From the NCBI GenBank assembly GCA_016205145.1, contig JACQJH010000002.1, positions 510,001-542,000 of the forward strand: a DNA stretch of 32,000 nucleotides. Direction: 5' to 3'. The notes beneath the pieces are model-generated. The model saw nothing but the letters and a program-made list of their open reading frames with translations, made no database searches and was not told the DNA's origin. Source of the stretch: Candidatus Iainarchaeum sp. (GTDB lineage: Archaea > Iainarchaeota > Iainarchaeia > Iainarchaeales > JACQJH01). Numbering within the stretch: position 1 is the first letter of the stretch; the number at the start of each line of letters is the position of its first letter. The position numbers and the translations under genes were made by a program. Below, piece after piece: positions 28,394-32,000 of this stretch.

Positions 28394-30016
28394 ATGCCGG
28401 GCGAAAACGTCGTCATCGACGAAATAATCGAGAAAATCGCAAAGGAATGCGAGGAAGCCAAGGCGACAAAATGGGACATAATCAGGATTGTGAAGGAACT
28501 CGAAAGCGAGAAAGGCGCGGACATGGAAAGCATGCGCCAGAAGGCGCTTGAAATCCTTGAAAGGCTCAATCCGGAAGCGGCGAGGATTTACGCCTCATTC
28601 TACAGGATGTCCGTGCACAACTCCCAGCAGGAAATAAGGCCTTTTGACCGCGGCAACATCGTGAAGTCATTGCTGCGCGAAACAAAGATTTCGAGGAGCG
28701 CGGCCGAAAAAATCGGAAGCGAAGTCGAGGACAGGCTCAAGGACCACAAAATAGCCTATCTTACAACCTCGCTCATCAGGGAAATGGCGAACGCAAAGCT
28801 CCTCGAATACGGCCTTGAAGACGTGCGCAACGAGTACGCGAGGGTCGGGCTGCCGGTGTTCGACTTGGAAAAAAAAATACTCAAAAACGAGACAGGCCTG
28901 GAGGAAGCGTTCGAGGAATTCAGCCTTGTCAGGGCAATCCCAAAAGAGCTCAGCGAACTCCATTTCAATTCCGAAATTTTCATAGACGACCTTGCGGGCT
29001 TCGCGAGCAGGGCGCTCGCATGCTCCGTTTCAGTCGGCAGGCAGAAAACCGCCTTGCACGCGCTCAGGGAATTTTCGATGAAAAGCAGGCAGCTTGACGG
29101 CCTTTTCCTGCACAACGCGTGCTTCGATTCGTTCAACCATTCGTTTTCCGGAAGCCCTGACTGCCAGCAGGCATTCGTTGCGGCTGAAACCTGCCAGTCG
29201 CTGCTGCAGAGAAACGGTTCCAGGGGCTGCATCGGCCTGTCCCTGTTCGCGCCCCCGGAATTGAAGCTCAAGGACGCGGAAAAAAAGGCCGCGGCAGATT
29301 TTGCCGAGGCCTTCGCATCCGAATCCGCGAAAAATCCGCAGGACTGCTTTTCATTGAAGGCATCTGTTGACGACCAGTTCAAGCACAAGCTGTTGAGCGA
29401 TGGCGCGAAAAGGAAAATCACGTTCATCAACTGCACCGAACGCAACAACCTTGCGTTCTGCAACGACCTCTGCTCGGAAAAAAACGCAATTCTCTGCTCG
29501 GTTTCAATCAACCTGCACAGGATTTGCCTCGAAAGCCCGCGCAACGAAACAGTGTTTTTTGAGGGCCTGACGGAAAGCATGGCGGCCGCAAAACAATTAT
29601 GCGAACTCAAGGCGGGGCTGCTCGCAAAAAAGCCGGATTTTGAGAAATTCTCGTTCCAGCCCGACGGAATGGAAAAAATAGTTGCCTTGTCGCCGCCAAC
29701 CGAGGCGGCCGGCATTCTTGCAGAAAATGCGGATGCCCATGAGCGGGTGGCGTTGGCGGAAAAAATCGTGAAACATGCGATGGCGGAGTTCCCGGAAGCG
29801 CAAATAAGGCCCCTGCATTCCCAGGAAGCCAGGAAGAGATTCCAGAAGGCCTGCAGGGAAAAATTCGGGTTCGAGGCGGAAATGGATGACCGGCCACAGC
29901 TTTGCCAGAAAAGCGGGTTCCTGGCGAAAAACTTTGTTGCCGTTGCACAGGCGAGGAGCGTCAATGAATTCGAAGAACTGCTGAAAAAAGGCGTGCCGCT
30001 TATAAGGCTCGTTTAA
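28394..30016 (+). CDS. ATP-cone protein related to anaerobic (class III) ribonucleotide reductase NrdD, without a recognisable glycyl-radical C-terminus
   Basis: This is ORF 28316..30016. ATG 28394 is preferred because a TATA-like CTTAAAAATTT (28293-28303) lies too close to 28316. The ATP-cone-like segment is EIRPFDRGNIVKSLLRETKISRSAAEKIGSEVEDRL...LTTSLIREMANAKLLEYG. NrdD-like segments are SELHFNSEIFIDDL and LCSVSINLHRICLES. Confidence 0.65.
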   Translation: MPGENVVIDEIIEKIAKECEEAKATKWDIIRIVKELESEKGADMESMRQKALEILERLNPEAARIYASFYRMSVHNSQQEIRPFDRGNIVKSLLRETKISRSAAEKIGSEVEDRLKDHKIAYLTTSLIREMANAKLLEYGLEDVRNEYARVGLPVFDLEKKILKNETGLEEAFEEFSLVRAIPKELSELHFNSEIFIDDLAGFASRALACSVSVGRQKTALHALREFSMKSRQLDGLFLHNACFDSFNHSFSGSPDCQQAFVAAETCQSLLQRNGSRGCIGLSLFAPPELKLKDAEKKAAADFAEAFASESAKNPQDCFSLKASVDDQFKHKLLSDGAKRKITFINCTERNNLAFCNDLCSEKNAILCSVSINLHRICLESPRNETVFFEGLTESMAAAKQLCELKAGLLAKKPDFEKFSFQPDGMEKIVALSPPTEAAGILAENADAHERVALAEKIVKHAMAEFPEAQIRPLHSQEARKRFQKACREKFGFEAEMDDRPQLCQKSGFLAKNFVAVAQARSVNEFEELLKKGVPLIRLV

Positions 30017-30023
30017 GCGAAAA

Positions 30024-30773
30024 CTAATGCCTGACGTTGCGCGGCCTCAGCTTCTCGTGGTGCTTTATTATCTCAAACTTCATCATGTAAACGTAGGTTT
30101 TCAGCATTTCCGTGAACGGAACAATGAAAACCAGCACCAAAAACAGCGAAACGAATTTTCCCAACAGCAAAAAGGAGTCGAAGGCGAATTCCAAAACCAA
30201 TGCGGCGGCCATCAGCGCGGTCGGCACAACCAGGGAAACAAGGAACAGCCTCGGGTTCCTGAGCGCGAACTCCGCGCTGCTGTAAACCGAGTTCTCGACT
30301 GATTCCTCGTCCACGACAATCGCCTGCGGCACGAAAAAAACCGCGGATGAAACCAGGAAAACGATTATTGCCGCAACCCAGACCGGAAGGCCCGCGAAAA
30401 CAATCCCGAAGGAGACAAGAGAAAGGAAAACCGTGTAGAGAAGGAAAAACGCGAAAAGCTTTGACGAGAACTTCTGCACCATTTCGGACAGGTAGTATTC
30501 GACGCGCATGGAACTCAATTCCTTGCGCACCGAGAAAACCGTCAGGGAAACGAAAAAGGCGAAGACCGCGGTGAAGATTGCGAGAGCCGCGAACTCAAGT
30601 ATGAGGATTTCAGGCGAATATGCGTTGAAATTGTAGTCGAAAAGCAGGCTTCCGGATGAAATGAAAACATTGGGAAACAGGGAGAAAACGAATGCGAAAA
30701 CGAGGAGGATGGCAAATGCCAGTGCAACCTTGAAGTTCTTTTTGTAAAGCTCGAAAACGTCCGACAAAACCAT
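30024..30773 (-). CDS. Polytopic membrane protein, unknown function (249 aa)
   Basis: ATG ORF with at least six hydrophobic segments. It is convergent with the NrdD-like gene, with 7 nt between the stops. Confidence 0.6.
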   Translation of the reverse strand: MVLSDVFELYKKNFKVALAFAILLVFAFVFSLFPNVFISSGSLLFDYNFNAYSPEILILEFAALAIFTAVFAFFVSLTVFSVRKELSSMRVEYYLSEMVQKFSSKLFAFFLLYTVFLSLVSFGIVFAGLPVWVAAIIVFLVSSAVFFVPQAIVVDEESVENSVYSSAEFALRNPRLFLVSLVVPTALMAAALVLEFAFDSFLLLGKFVSLFLVLVFIVPFTEMLKTYVYMMKFEIIKHHEKLRPRNVRH

Positions 30774-30905
30774 GCGAAAACCGGAACAATAATAGCATCA
30801 AAAGGGAATAAAAAACGTGTTGGATGGCTTTCATGGCATTCCAGCCGGATTAACGCGAAGGCCAGAACGCAGCATGCCTTCAACGAAGGCCTTCTGGCAG
30901 GGAAC

Positions 30906-30913
30906 AAAAAAAA
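30906..30913 (-). terminator. Oligo-T (T8) 18 nt downstream of the stop of gene 30932..31534
   Basis: A8 run on the + strand at 30906-30913. On the minus strand it is followed by a nested hairpin, GCCAGAA...GCCTTC-AAC-GAAGGC...TTCTGGC (30860-30898). Confidence 0.5.
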
Positions 30914-30931
30914 GCCGGATTCCCGCGAGGG

Positions 30932-31534
30932 CTAGAAGAAGCCTTTTTCTTCAAGTTTCGCGATTATTGCAGCCGAAGCCCATGCAAGGATGCCGGACCA
31001 CATGAACAGCGCGAACGGGCTTGACTGGAAGCGTTCGGAAAAGTTTTCAACCATGAACTGCTTGCCCTGGCTTGCAAGCGATTCGCGCAATGCGTTGCAG
31101 TGGTCGTTTGAAAAGCAGAATGCCTGGCCCTGCGCGCCGGAAAGCTCGACAATGTTCTGCACGTACCAGAAAAACGCGATGTAAAATGCAAGAAAGCAAA
31201 GTATGACAAGGGCGATTGGAAAAACGGGGGAGAGGCCCTGCTTTGTCTCGAAGTAATCGTCGTACCAGCCTATGAAATAATATGCGAGGAAAAATCCTGC
31301 CAGCGGAACGAGCCAGAACATGAGGCTCTGGAATTCCATGAGCGGCAGAAGGAAGTTGAGCGGCGGAATGTTCTGCACAACCGCGCGGAGGGAATCGCGC
31401 GCCATGGAAAAGCCCACGAGTATGCCGTAAGAGAAAAGGAAAAGGCAGGCAAAGACTATTTTCCTGCTGGCGGAGCCGCCGCCCTTCTTTTCATTTGATT
31501 CGCCTTTTGACATGCCATCACAAAAAAAAGTCAT
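30932..31534 (-). CDS. Membrane protein, unknown function (200 aa)
   Basis: The ATG overlaps the upstream YbjQ-like stop (ATGA at 31531-31534). There are four or more hydrophobic segments. Confidence 0.6.
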   Translation of the reverse strand: MTFFCDGMSKGESNEKKGGGSASRKIVFACLFLFSYGILVGFSMARDSLRAVVQNIPPLNFLLPLMEFQSLMFWLVPLAGFFLAYYFIGWYDDYFETKQGLSPVFPIALVILCFLAFYIAFFWYVQNIVELSGAQGQAFCFSNDHCNALRESLASQGKQFMVENFSERFQSSPFALFMWSGILAWASAAIIAKLEEKGFF

Positions 31535-31875
31535 TTAGCCTTTTCAAGCTTTACAGCCGTGCCGTAAACAAGGAATTCCACGCCGCCTGGAACAACTACT
31601 GAGGAGACAAAGCGCACGTCAATGATTGCGTCAGCGCCGACAAGCTCAGCGTTCCTCCGCAGCTTTTCAATGGCGTTGTGCCTGACCTCGTCGAAAAGCG
31701 AGGCATATTCCTTTATTTCGCCGCCCCCAAGAAAGCGGAACATCGCCACTATGTCCTTGAAAATTGACCTTGCGCGGATGTCCGAACCCCACACCAATCC
31801 GAGCACTTCGGAAACCCTTTGGCCAGGCAAAGCGCTTGCCGTTATTATCGGCAGGAAATCCTTTTCGTTTTCCAT
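31531..31875 (-). CDS. YbjQ/UPF0145 family protein
   Basis: 114 aa. LPGQRVSEVLGLVWGSDIRARSIFKDIVA...GGEIKEYASLFDEVRHNAIEKLRRNAELVGADAIIDVRF matches the YbjQ_1 pattern. Confidence 0.8.
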   Translation of the reverse strand: MENEKDFLPIITASALPGQRVSEVLGLVWGSDIRARSIFKDIVAMFRFLGGGEIKEYASLFDEVRHNAIEKLRRNAELVGADAIIDVRFVSSVVVPGGVEFLVYGTAVKLEKAK

Positions 31876-31966
31876 TGCACCACCAAGATATTGGTCAGGT
31901 GGAGTTTTTAATTGTTATCCAGAAGAGTTTTAGATTAGCCCTTGGTGCGGCAAAAAGGTTTTTGGC

Positions 31967-32000
31967 ATGACGATTGAACTGCCCTGGATTGAAAAATACA
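31967..32000 (+). CDS. Start of a probable replication factor C subunit (small-subunit-like N-terminus); runs off the window end
   Basis: ATG 31967 gives MTIELPWIEKY. 'PW(V/I)EKYRP' is the characteristic N-terminal motif of archaeal RFC subunits. Only 11 codons are visible. Confidence 0.35.
   Translation, partial: MTIELPWIEKY

Noticed and set aside
28756-29964. 402-aa ORF antisense to the NrdD-like gene
   Set aside because: The sense strand carries recognisable ATP-cone and NrdD-like motifs. The antisense product is Ser/Ala/Phe-rich with no features. Long antisense ORFs are common in this codon-biased genome.
1-32000. CRISPR arrays, rRNA genes, IS elements, transposases, integrases, prophage genes
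   Set aside because: I saw no regularly spaced direct repeats and no rRNA-like conserved stretches. None of the ORF translations shows DDE, serine/tyrosine recombinase or phage structural signatures.

Overview
This is a compact archaeal chromosomal segment with about 44 protein-coding genes. I recognised no rRNA, canonical tRNA, CRISPR array, transposase or integrase. The archaeal assignment rests on archaeal-type PheRS alpha/beta, RFC large subunit, Orc1/Cdc6, Cdc48/VAT and class-III-signal-peptide pilins. It also rests on AT-rich TATA-like boxes ~23-26 nt upstream of many start codons, which implies largely leaderless mRNAs. A small-genome uncultivated lineage is only a guess. Packing is tight: many 4- or 8-nt start/stop overlaps (ATGA, GTGA, TTGA, ATGCCTGA) and convergent genes that touch. 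Housekeeping genes are pheS-orfX-pheT, rfcL, a YchF/Obg-like GTPase, orc1/cdc6, an endonuclease-IV-like TIM barrel, cdc48, a type IA topoisomerase and an NrdD-like protein. Accessory content is vapBC, an extra PIN protein, a type II R-M pair that looks AT-richer by eye, and six pilin-like genes bracketed by a membrane-tethered ArsR-type regulator and a site-2 protease. The most unusual signal is non-coding. Three hairpin-rich loci (202-400, 14149-14381, 15441-15625) share a recurring 9-10 bp hairpin (core GTATTGC-N4-GCAATAC) whose arms differ in a compensatory way. The last two loci are about four-fifths identical over ~75 nt, lie in inverted orientation, and bracket a small ORF plus the endonuclease-IV-like gene next to cdc6. 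I could not match them to SRP RNA, RNase P RNA, 5S rRNA or tRNA by eye. All coordinates, start-codon choices and identities were worked out by hand from the sequence. No database search or folding program was run.
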